Source of the DNA: Dehalococcoidia bacterium
Lineage (GTDB): Bacteria > Chloroflexota > Dehalococcoidia > Lucifugimonadales > Australimonadaceae
Direction of reading: 5' to 3'
Assembly (NCBI GenBank): GCA_965116015.1
Contig: OZ220477.1
Location: 985,076 to 1,049,075 of the forward strand
DNA length: 64,000 nucleotides
Part shown: positions 48,841 to 56,693 of the stretch, in pieces
Position numbering within the stretch: position 1 is the stretch's first letter
How the letters are laid out: every line of letters starts with the position of its first letter
Position numbers and translations under genes: made by a program
The notes under the pieces: model-generated
The model's input: only the letters and a program-made list of their open reading frames with translations
Databases searched by the model: none
Told to the model about the DNA's origin: nothing

Positions 48841-50661
48841 TTAACTCACTTCTATTTCCGCGCTGTGCATTCCCTCTCCGCCTTTGTCATCCTGCACTTT
48901 GCAGGCCACTGTGAAGGCGCCAGCGCGTGGGAATGTGTGCTGGGCAGCGAGGGAGGCGCGTTCAGCCCATGGCAGACGCTCCGCGTGGAACGTCCGCCCG
49001 TTGTAGTCGAAGTCCCACTGCACGTTGATGATCTTGGCGTCGGGGTTGTATGTCTGCGTGTCGCTTGCGTCGAATCCGTAGTGCAGCGGCTTGAGCCGAC
49101 GATTCGCAAAGGAGACTTCTGGAGGTTGCACGAACGTGAGGAAATTCGAGTAGTCGCCGCGCTCGGTGGACTGCGAGGCGACGTGCTGCCGGAACGAGGG
49201 GGAATCTATGCGCACTTGCTCCAAGCGAACGAATGCGATGTGGGCAGCTCCGCGCTCGCGGAGTTCTTCAGCGGCTTGAACAGCATCCGGCGCGAATCCC
49301 CACGCCAGCATCACGCCATCGCGTAGTCCTTCCTCGTTTGAATAACGCGGCAACCTCGCAATCGCCTGAGCGAAAGCGTTAACGTCTTCAACCGTAACCG
49401 GCGAGGTGAGAGAGGGAGAGCCAACCCATACAGGCGCCTTTGCGTTCGAGCCTTTGTAGCCGTGGATGCCCTCGTCCGCGCTCGTAAAGCGAGCGTCGTA
49501 GCAGCAAAGCACGAAGCTGCGGAATTCGTCCGGCGGCATCTGCGACAGCCGCTCCGCCTCGTAGATGCCCCACTGCTCTATCGTGAAGTCGGGAGGCGCG
49601 CCCTCTTCCAGGGTGCGCACGATGGCTTGCCGCTTCAGTCGCTCAGCGGTAACTGCTATTGCAACGCGCGATTGGTCGCAACCGAGGAACTTGCGCTGCA
49701 GTCGCTATGCGACTGCAGCGCAAGTTCCGCCACCTACGAAAAAGTCAGCTACGACATCACCCACTTTCGACGACGCTTTAATGATGCGCTCAAGCAATGC
49801 TTCGGGCTTTTGAGTAGGGTAACCAACTCTCTCATTCGCTGTTTGTGACATCGTGTAATCAATCAGTTCATCATTATCCCAGAAGGAGTCTACTGGTTTT
49901 CCTCCTTTCAAGTAGTACCGCTTCCCATCCTGAATGAAGTACTTACCTTTTTCATCTTCTAGATTGTATTTTTCACGCATCCATTTGGACACCGGTCCGC
50001 GTATTTTGTTGTGATGGCTCTTAAGGGACTTAGCGTAATAGAAGATAATGTCATGCTTTCTCGGAAACCATCTCGCTACATTAAACCCGCCCAGTCCATA
50101 GTGCCAGATTACCTCGTTGCGGAAATTCTCATACCCAAACATCTTGTCCATTTCGACTTTGATGTAGTGGCTGGCGTGCCAGTCGCAGTGCACGTAGATG
50201 GAGCCCGTAGGCTTGAGAAGGCGCTTCATTTCGTAGAGGCGAGCGTTCAGCCAGACGAGGTAGCCGTCCAGACCTCCTTCCCAGATATCAGTGAACGAGC
50301 GCTCCTCGTTGTCGTCGCCCCAGAGGACGTTGTAGTTACGGTTGGAGAAGAAGGGCGGATCGATGTAGATGAGGTCAACGCTTTCAGAGGGAATCTGGCG
50401 CATCACGTGGAGGCAGTCTCCCCAGATGAGGCGATTGGGGTCGTGCGGCTCTTCTCTGCCAAGCTTGACGCGCTCGACAATCTGGGTAGGAAGGTTGACG
50501 ACGGGATAGTGGTTGCGGAATCCGGTGTTGCGCGAGTCCCACCCCAGCGGGGTGCGCGCGACAGGCACGTTCCCGAACCTGGCAGGCGGTCGGTAGAACT
50601 CCTCCTGCTGCGGCAGCGGCTCCGCTACGAGGTCGTCAGGCTGCAGTTGCTCATCAGCCAT
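48841..50661 (-). pseudogene. type III Mod-like DNA methyltransferase (~606 aa, C-terminal PKD-like domain) interrupted by one in-frame TAG at 49705-49707
   Basis: LIWGDCL, IYIDPPF (motif IV), YPTQKPEALLERII, DFFVGGGT (motif I) CAAVA*RLQRKFLGCD continues in frame into 48841..49620; PKD-like WDFDY..HTFP.AG.FTVACKVQDD. Confidence 0.85.
49686..49728. repeat. perfect 20-bp inverted repeat with 3-nt loop at the premature stop
   Basis: GGAACTTGCGCTGCAGTCGC-TAT-GCGACTGCAGCGCAAGTTCC. Confidence 0.97.
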
Positions 50662-50775
50662 GGGCGCGCGCCTCCGAGTCCCTAGAATGGGCGAGCGGAT
50701 AGTACCGCACTGGGTATGCCGCTGCGAGGCTTTCCCAATGCGGGATTCCCGCACAACCGGAAGCGCCCCCCTAGC

Positions 50776-52437
50776 CTACTCGGCGAGGTCGCGGACTACG
50801 GTTTGGGCCAGCTCGTAGGGCGCTCCCCGGTGGACGGCGGAGCGACCTGCGGCGCTCAGGAGGATCCAGGAGAGTTGCCCCGCTACGCTCTTTTTGTCGC
50901 GGGTCATTGCTTCGAGGATGGACTCAGGAGCGACTCCAGTGTAGGCGGTGGGGAGGCCGAATCTGGTTAGGAGGGATGTTTGACGCTCGACTAGTTCGGG
51001 CGGGGTTACTCCCAGGAGCGCTCCGAGTCGGGCGGCGCCGGTCATTCCGATGGCTACGCATTCTCCGTGGAGGTAGGCGCCGTATCCAGCGGCGGCTTCG
51101 ATTCCGTGCCCGATGGTGTGTCCGTAGTTGAGCAGCTGACGGCGTCCGCTGGTTTCGCGCTCGTCTTCGGTGACGATGCGGGCTTTGACGGCGACGTTGC
51201 AGGCGATGACTTGCGTGGCGAGTTCGGGGTCGTCGAGGGCGAGGAGGGATTCTGCGCGCTCTTCGTAGAGGTCGACGAGCGAGGCTTCGAGGGCGAGTCC
51301 GTGCTTGAGGGCTTCGGCCCATCCTTCGCGGAGAGCGCGCGGGGGGAGGGTGCGGAGGGCGGAGACGTCGGCAAGGGTCATTATGGGGTGGTGGAATGCT
51401 CCGACCATGTTCTTGGCGGCGAGGAGATCGACGGCGGTTTTGCCTCCGATGCTGGAGTCGACCATTGCGGTGAGGGATGTGGGGACTTGGACGAGGCGGA
51501 TTCCGCGGAGGAGGGTTGCGGCGACGTAGCCTGCGAGGTCGCCGACGACTCCGCCGCCGACGGCGACGATGGCGTCGCGGCGCTCGACGCGCTGCTTCGC
51601 GAGCCATTCGTAGAGCGCGGCGGCGGTGGCGAGGGTTTTGCTGGCTTCGCCGGCGGGGAAGGTGAACAGTCCCATTTCGATGCCGGCGCTGTGGAGCGAG
51701 CGCTGGGCGGCGCGTCCGTAGGGGTGGACGACGTGGCTGTCGCAGACGATGAAGGCTCGTCCGGAGAAGCCTGTTTCCGCGAGGCGGGAGCCAAGTTGCC
51801 CTTCGAGCGTGTTCCACCCGACGAACACGGGGTAGGCGCCGGATTCGACTGTGACAGTGGCGGCGAGCTGCGGGTCGGCGCTCCAGCGGGCGGGGGCGCC
51901 GAGTTTTCTCCAGGCGCGGGCGATCTCGTGCGCGGTCTGCTCGACGCCGAGGTTGTCGGTGGCGATCGTCCAGTGCGCGAGGGCGTAGGCCCACTGACGC
52001 TCGCGCTTGAGCGACTCGATGCGTCCCAGGGGGTCGCCGGCGCGGAGCATAGGGCGGGGCATCGCTTCTGCGCCGTCGTGCTCGGGGATGGCGGAGAGGC
52101 GGCGGAGGATGGTTTCGGGGCGGGCTTCGAGGGCGACGACGAATCCGGAGTCGAGCATTGTGGTTCGGGATGGCGTGAGCATCACGGAGCCGGCGCCGGT
52201 GGAGACGACGACGCGTTGGCGGGCTGCGAGTTCGGCGATGGCGTCGCGTTCGAGGTCGCGGAAGGCGGGTTCGCCGTCGTCTTCGAAGATGCGCTCGATG
52301 GGTTTGCCGGCGCGCTGGACGATGAGCTCGTCGGCGTCGGCGAATTCCCAGCCGAGGAGGCGGGCGAGGCTTCGTCCGGCGGCGGTTTTGCCGGTTCCGG
52401 AGAAGCCGATGAGGAAGATGCGGTCGGCGGTGGTCAT
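50776..52437 (-). CDS. aroB: bifunctional shikimate kinase / 3-dehydroquinate synthase (AroK-AroB)
   Basis: IFLIGFSGTGKT, GEPAFRDLE; then GEASKT, GGGVVGDLAG, VPTSL.AMVDSSIGGKT, LNYGHTIGH. Confidence 0.93.
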   Translation of the reverse strand: MTTADRIFLIGFSGTGKTAAGRSLARLLGWEFADADELIVQRAGKPIERIFEDDGEPAFRDLERDAIAELAARQRVVVSTGAGSVMLTPSRTTMLDSGFVVALEARPETILRRLSAIPEHDGAEAMPRPMLRAGDPLGRIESLKRERQWAYALAHWTIATDNLGVEQTAHEIARAWRKLGAPARWSADPQLAATVTVESGAYPVFVGWNTLEGQLGSRLAETGFSGRAFIVCDSHVVHPYGRAAQRSLHSAGIEMGLFTFPAGEASKTLATAAALYEWLAKQRVERRDAIVAVGGGVVGDLAGYVAATLLRGIRLVQVPTSLTAMVDSSIGGKTAVDLLAAKNMVGAFHHPIMTLADVSALRTLPPRALREGWAEALKHGLALEASLVDLYEERAESLLALDDPELATQVIACNVAVKARIVTEDERETSGRRQLLNYGHTIGHGIEAAAGYGAYLHGECVAIGMTGAARLGALLGVTPPELVERQTSLLTRFGLPTAYTGVAPESILEAMTRDKKSVAGQLSWILLSAAGRSAVHRGAPYELAQTVVRDLAE

Positions 52438-52451
52438 TGGGGCGGGCTCGG

Positions 52452-53681
52452 CTAGCGTGGCGACGGGGCGGAGGCGTCGGAGCGCGGGCCGACCGTCGCC
52501 AGGTAGGCGGCGCAGTTGCGTTTCGTTTCGGCGATGTGGTCGCCGCCGAACTTCTCCATAAGGGCGTCGGCGAGGGTAATCATCGTCATTGCTTCGGCGA
52601 TGACTCCGCAGGTGGGGACGAACGTGATGTCGCTGCGTTCGTAGTGGGCCTGGTCGAGCTCGCCGGTTGTGAGGTCGACGGACGGGAGGGGGGAGATCAT
52701 TGTGGCGATGGGTTTGACGACGGCGCGGATGATGAGCGGCTCGCCGGTGGTCATTCCGCCTTCGAGTCCGCCGGCGTTGTTGGTGCGGCGGGGCCAGGGC
52801 CGGGTCCACCCGCCATTGCTGTTCCGCTCCCATTCGTCGACGGGCTTGATGACATCGTGGACTTTCGAGCCTCGGAGGTCGGCAAGTTCGAACCCTTTGC
52901 CGATCTCGACGCCTTTGACGGCGTTGACGCTGCCGACGGAGGCCATCAGCCGCGTGCTGAGCTTCGTGTCCCACTGGATGTGGGAGCCGAGGCCTATGGG
53001 GAGGCCTGTGGCGATGACTTCGACGACGCCGCCGAGGCTATCGCCGGCGGCTTTAGCGGCGTCGATCTCGGCGGTCATTCGGGCGCTTGCGTCGGGGTCG
53101 GCGCACCGGACGGGGGAGGATTCGACGGCGTCCCAGTCGATGGGTTCGGGAGGGCAGGCCTGCACGCCGCCGATGTTGGTTACGTGGCTGTGGACCTCGA
53201 CGCCGAATTCGGAGAGGAATGCGCGGCAGACGGCGCCGACTGCGACGCGAGCGGCGGATTCGCGGGCGGAGGAGCGTTCGAGGATGTTCCGGGCGTCGTG
53301 CTGGAGGTATTTGCTGATGCCGGGGGTGTCGGCGTGGCCGGGACGCAGGCGGTGGATAGGGGTTACGTCGCCGTCGACGGGGATTTTCGCCATTGTGTGC
53401 GTCCACGGTTTGCCGTCCGGACCGTTGCCGGTGGAGTGGTCGCGGTTCTCGATGAGCATCGCGATGGGGGCGCCGGTGGCGACGCCGTGGCGCACTCCGG
53501 ATTGGAGGACGGCGTAGTCGGTTTCGATCTGCATCCGGGCGCCGCGTCCGTAGCCCATCTGCCGGCGGGCGAGGTCTTCGCGAATCTTCGTTTCGGTTAC
53601 GGGTATGCCGGCAGGCAGCCCTTCGAGCAGGGCGACGAGCGCCGGGCCATGCGACTCGCCGGCGGTGAGGAATCGGACCAC
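52452..53681 (-). CDS. aroC: chorismate synthase
   Basis: FLTAGESHGPAL, RPGHAD, LERSSARES, NNAGGLEGGMTTG, ERSD. Confidence 0.96.
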   Translation of the reverse strand: MVRFLTAGESHGPALVALLEGLPAGIPVTETKIREDLARRQMGYGRGARMQIETDYAVLQSGVRHGVATGAPIAMLIENRDHSTGNGPDGKPWTHTMAKIPVDGDVTPIHRLRPGHADTPGISKYLQHDARNILERSSARESAARVAVGAVCRAFLSEFGVEVHSHVTNIGGVQACPPEPIDWDAVESSPVRCADPDASARMTAEIDAAKAAGDSLGGVVEVIATGLPIGLGSHIQWDTKLSTRLMASVGSVNAVKGVEIGKGFELADLRGSKVHDVIKPVDEWERNSNGGWTRPWPRRTNNAGGLEGGMTTGEPLIIRAVVKPIATMISPLPSVDLTTGELDQAHYERSDITFVPTCGVIAEAMTMITLADALMEKFGGDHIAETKRNCAAYLATVGPRSDASAPSPR

Positions 53682-53842
53682 GGCGGACCTCCCCTGAATC
53701 GTTCCGCATCATTCTACCGGAGCGGCGGAGGGAGCGCGCGGGCTATTCGGTTGTCTGCCCGGGGGAGGGGCGATCGTCCAGGGGGCGGGACGTGGTATGC
53801 TGCGCGCATCCGAGGCTCCAGTACCGATTCAGGGAGGGCGAG

Positions 53843-55177
53843 ATGCTTTCGGCAAGCGACAACGAGATTCTCACAAGAGTGGGCCGTGGAACGGTGATGG
53901 GGGAGCTGATGCGGCGCTACTGGATTCCCGCTGTGCTCTCGCGCGAGGTTGAGCGCGACGGCGTGCCGCATCGCACGCGGTTGCTGGGCGAGGATCTCAT
54001 CGTGCTGCGACTGACGAGCGGGAAGGTCGCGGCTATGTCTCCGGCGTGTCCGCACCGGGGGGCGTCGCTCTTCTTCGGGCGGAACGAGGAGGAGGGGATT
54101 CGGTGCGGGTATCACGGGTGGAAGTTTGATGAGACGGGGGCGTGCGTCGATATGCCGAGCGAGCCGCCGGAGAGCAATCTCCGCGCCAAGGTGAAGCACG
54201 CGGCGTACCGTGTTCGGGAGCGGAACGGCGTTGTCTGGATCTACATGGGGCCTTGGCACGACGATCCGCCTCCGCTGCCCGATCTCGAGTGGAATATGGT
54301 TCCGGAGTCGCACGTTTATCTGACGAAGCGGGTTGCGCAGAACAACTTCTTCCAGACTCTGGAGGGAGAGATCGACTCCAGCCATAGCGGTTTCCTGCAC
54401 TCGACGTTCAAGGATCCGTACCGGATGATGACGAAGCAGGAGCAAGGGATGGTGTACAAGATGCGGGATCGCCATCCGCGGTTCGAGGTTCTCGACACGG
54501 ACTACGGAGCGCTTATCGGCGCCCGCCGCAACGCGGAGGAGGGCGCCTACTACTGGCGCATCACGCAGTTTATGTTTCCGTTCCACACTATGATTCCGCC
54601 TTACGGGAACGATCCGCTGCTGAGCGGGCACGCCTACATTCCGATGGACGATGTAAATGTGCTCGCTGTTTGCTTCACGTACAACCCTGTGAGGCCGCTG
54701 GCGGAAGAGGAGCTGGACAATCTGAAGTTCGGGCGCGACGGACAGCAGGGGCTTCACCCCACGGTGGACGCGTTCCTTCCGCCCATCCCGAACCGTCCGG
54801 AGGGGGCGTGGTGGCCCAAGCACCACATCGACAACGATTTCAACGTTGATTGGGAGCGCCAGAAGACGCTCCAGTTCTCGGGGCTGCCCGGGACGTGGAC
54901 TCAGGACTCGGGGATGCAGGAGACGATGGGGAGGATCGCCAATCGTTCGGGGGAGCGTCTCGGGGTGAGCGACACCGGCATCATCCGCACACGGCGGGCG
55001 CTGTTGAGAGCCGCCAAGATGCTTGACGAGTACGGCGTCGAGCCTGTGTCGGCGTCCGACCCGACGGTGTACAGCCTGCGTTCGGCGGCGGTCGTGCTGC
55101 CGCGGGACGGGGACTGGGTGAAGCAATCCGCGCAGTATCGGGAGGCTACGCCGGGAGCGCACTACGCGGCCGTTTAG
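53843..55177 (+). CDS. Rieske non-heme iron oxygenase alpha subunit (phthalate 4,5-dioxygenase/LigX-like)
   Basis: MGELMRRYWIP, CPHRGASL..G.NEE.GIRC.YHGWKF, EGEIDSSHSGFLH, QD..MQE.MG. Confidence 0.92.
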   Translation: MLSASDNEILTRVGRGTVMGELMRRYWIPAVLSREVERDGVPHRTRLLGEDLIVLRLTSGKVAAMSPACPHRGASLFFGRNEEEGIRCGYHGWKFDETGACVDMPSEPPESNLRAKVKHAAYRVRERNGVVWIYMGPWHDDPPPLPDLEWNMVPESHVYLTKRVAQNNFFQTLEGEIDSSHSGFLHSTFKDPYRMMTKQEQGMVYKMRDRHPRFEVLDTDYGALIGARRNAEEGAYYWRITQFMFPFHTMIPPYGNDPLLSGHAYIPMDDVNVLAVCFTYNPVRPLAEEELDNLKFGRDGQQGLHPTVDAFLPPIPNRPEGAWWPKHHIDNDFNVDWERQKTLQFSGLPGTWTQDSGMQETMGRIANRSGERLGVSDTGIIRTRRALLRAAKMLDEYGVEPVSASDPTVYSLRSAAVVLPRDGDWVKQSAQYREATPGAHYAAV

Positions 55178-55219
55178 CGGGGCGCTGTTTCGGGCGGCGC
55201 CGGGAGCGATTACGGCGGA

Positions 55220-56095
55220 CTAGACCGGGGCGATGGGTTCGTCGGCGTCATCGTCGGCGGGTTTCGCGGGCTGCACGATGTAGCCTTCGCGGACGACTCC
55301 GGCGGCATGGTCGAGCTCGGGGGCGCGTCCCATCATCGCGACTTCGCCTCGCCAGAACTTGTACGCCGTCCACGCGGCGATTGCGGCGTCGAGCTGGTCG
55401 TGCGTCGGGAGGGAGTCCGGGGCGCCGGCGGCGGGCAGTCTGACGCCGATGTCGGCGAGAAGTTGGGCGCGCGCCTCGCGCCCTGCGCGCGTGGTTTTCG
55501 CGGGAAGCGGGTCGGTCGCGAGCAGTTTCCAGGCTGCGCCGGGGAACACTTCCAGGAGCGTTGCGTCTGACGGGGGCATTCCGTCGTAGCCGAGCAATCT
55601 GAACCGGCTGCCGCTCGTAGCAAGCTTGTGGAACAGGCGCACTGATCCCCGGATGAAGCCTGCGAACGGAGCGCCCTCTTCCGGCAGGGCGTAGGGCGAA
55701 TGTCCAGGGGCGTTGACAAGGCGCTCGGCCTCGCGCATCGTCGCGCCGGGGTCGCCCGCGAGCCCCTGCGGGCCGTCGACGGCCAAGATGAACGACCGGC
55801 CAAGGGCGGGTTTGGGGATGATGCCGGCGCCGTCTTCGCGGTAGCTCCACTGTCCGAACTCGCATGCGAGTTCGGCGTTGAGGATGGCGTAGTCGCAGGG
55901 GCGAGGGGAGTTTACGGTTGGGTCGGCGAGGTCGAGGCCGATGAAGACGCGTCCGCCGCCGACGCCGCGCTCTCCGCCTCCGCGTCGCTGGGAGCGCCGT
56001 CGGCGCCATTTCGCGACGTATCGAGCGGTGGTGGAGACGGCGATGATGGAGGCTCCCGCCGCGCCGTAGAACCGAGGGTTGTTGAGCGACGCCAT
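55220..56095 (-). CDS. DUF429-like (RNase H-fold) protein
   Basis: FIGLDLA, AVDGPQGL, MREAER, LEVFPGA, HDQLDAAIAA. Confidence 0.75.
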   Translation of the reverse strand: MASLNNPRFYGAAGASIIAVSTTARYVAKWRRRRSQRRGGGERGVGGGRVFIGLDLADPTVNSPRPCDYAILNAELACEFGQWSYREDGAGIIPKPALGRSFILAVDGPQGLAGDPGATMREAERLVNAPGHSPYALPEEGAPFAGFIRGSVRLFHKLATSGSRFRLLGYDGMPPSDATLLEVFPGAAWKLLATDPLPAKTTRAGREARAQLLADIGVRLPAAGAPDSLPTHDQLDAAIAAWTAYKFWRGEVAMMGRAPELDHAAGVVREGYIVQPAKPADDDADEPIAPV

Positions 56096-56191
56096 TGGCT
56101 AGAGTCTAGCAGGCTTCCTGGCGCTCTTAGGGGGAAGAGGACTGCTTTCCCGTGGTTACGGCGCTCAGGGAGCGTTTTCCCTGAGCGCGCC

Positions 56192-56635
56192 TCAATCGCT
56201 CTTTCCCCGGCGGCTGTCGAGCCAGGTTTGGAGGATTACGGCGGCGGCGGCGGCGTCCGAGGCGCCTTTGGGGAGGCGACGCCCTGCCCTGCTGCGGCTG
56301 CTCCGGTCGTTCGGTCGGCGCATGCTGCGCTCGGCTTGCGCGGTGGAGAGGCGCTCGTCGATAGTTTCGATCGGGAGCGCCGTGGCCTCGCGCAGCAGCG
56401 CGACGAAGCGCTCAACCGCTTCGGCTTGCGCGCCCGCTCGCCCCGACAGGAGATACGGAATCCCAACGACGATGATGTCCGCGGAGCGCGACTGCGCCTC
56501 AGCCGCGGCCTGCGCCGCTGCGGAGGAGTCCGCGGGGCCGTCGATGACGCCAACGGGAACTGCGATGCCGGTTTGGGTGTCGCCCGCCGCGACGCCGCTG
56601 CGGCGAGCGCCAACGTCGAGGCCGAGAGCGCGCAT
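56192..56635 (-). CDS. ruvX: Holliday junction resolvase-like RuvX/YqgF
   Basis: ALGLDVG.RR.GVA, IVVGIP, IDERLST, DAAAAAVILQ. Confidence 0.93.
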   Translation of the reverse strand: MRALGLDVGARRSGVAAGDTQTGIAVPVGVIDGPADSSAAAQAAAEAQSRSADIIVVGIPYLLSGRAGAQAEAVERFVALLREATALPIETIDERLSTAQAERSMRRPNDRSSRSRAGRRLPKGASDAAAAAVILQTWLDSRRGKSD

Positions 56636-56693
56636 CAGTCGCTCTCCCTACCTGCTCGTCTTGGGGAGTTGCGATTGAGGCCGAGCGCGCGCA

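Noticed and set aside
31048-49707. Pyrrolysine or genome-wide TAG recoding as the explanation for the two amber codons
   Set aside because: TAG is the ordinary stop of many genes here (UbiD, sufU, otsA, aroC), no pyl genes are visible, and loop inversion explains both sites.
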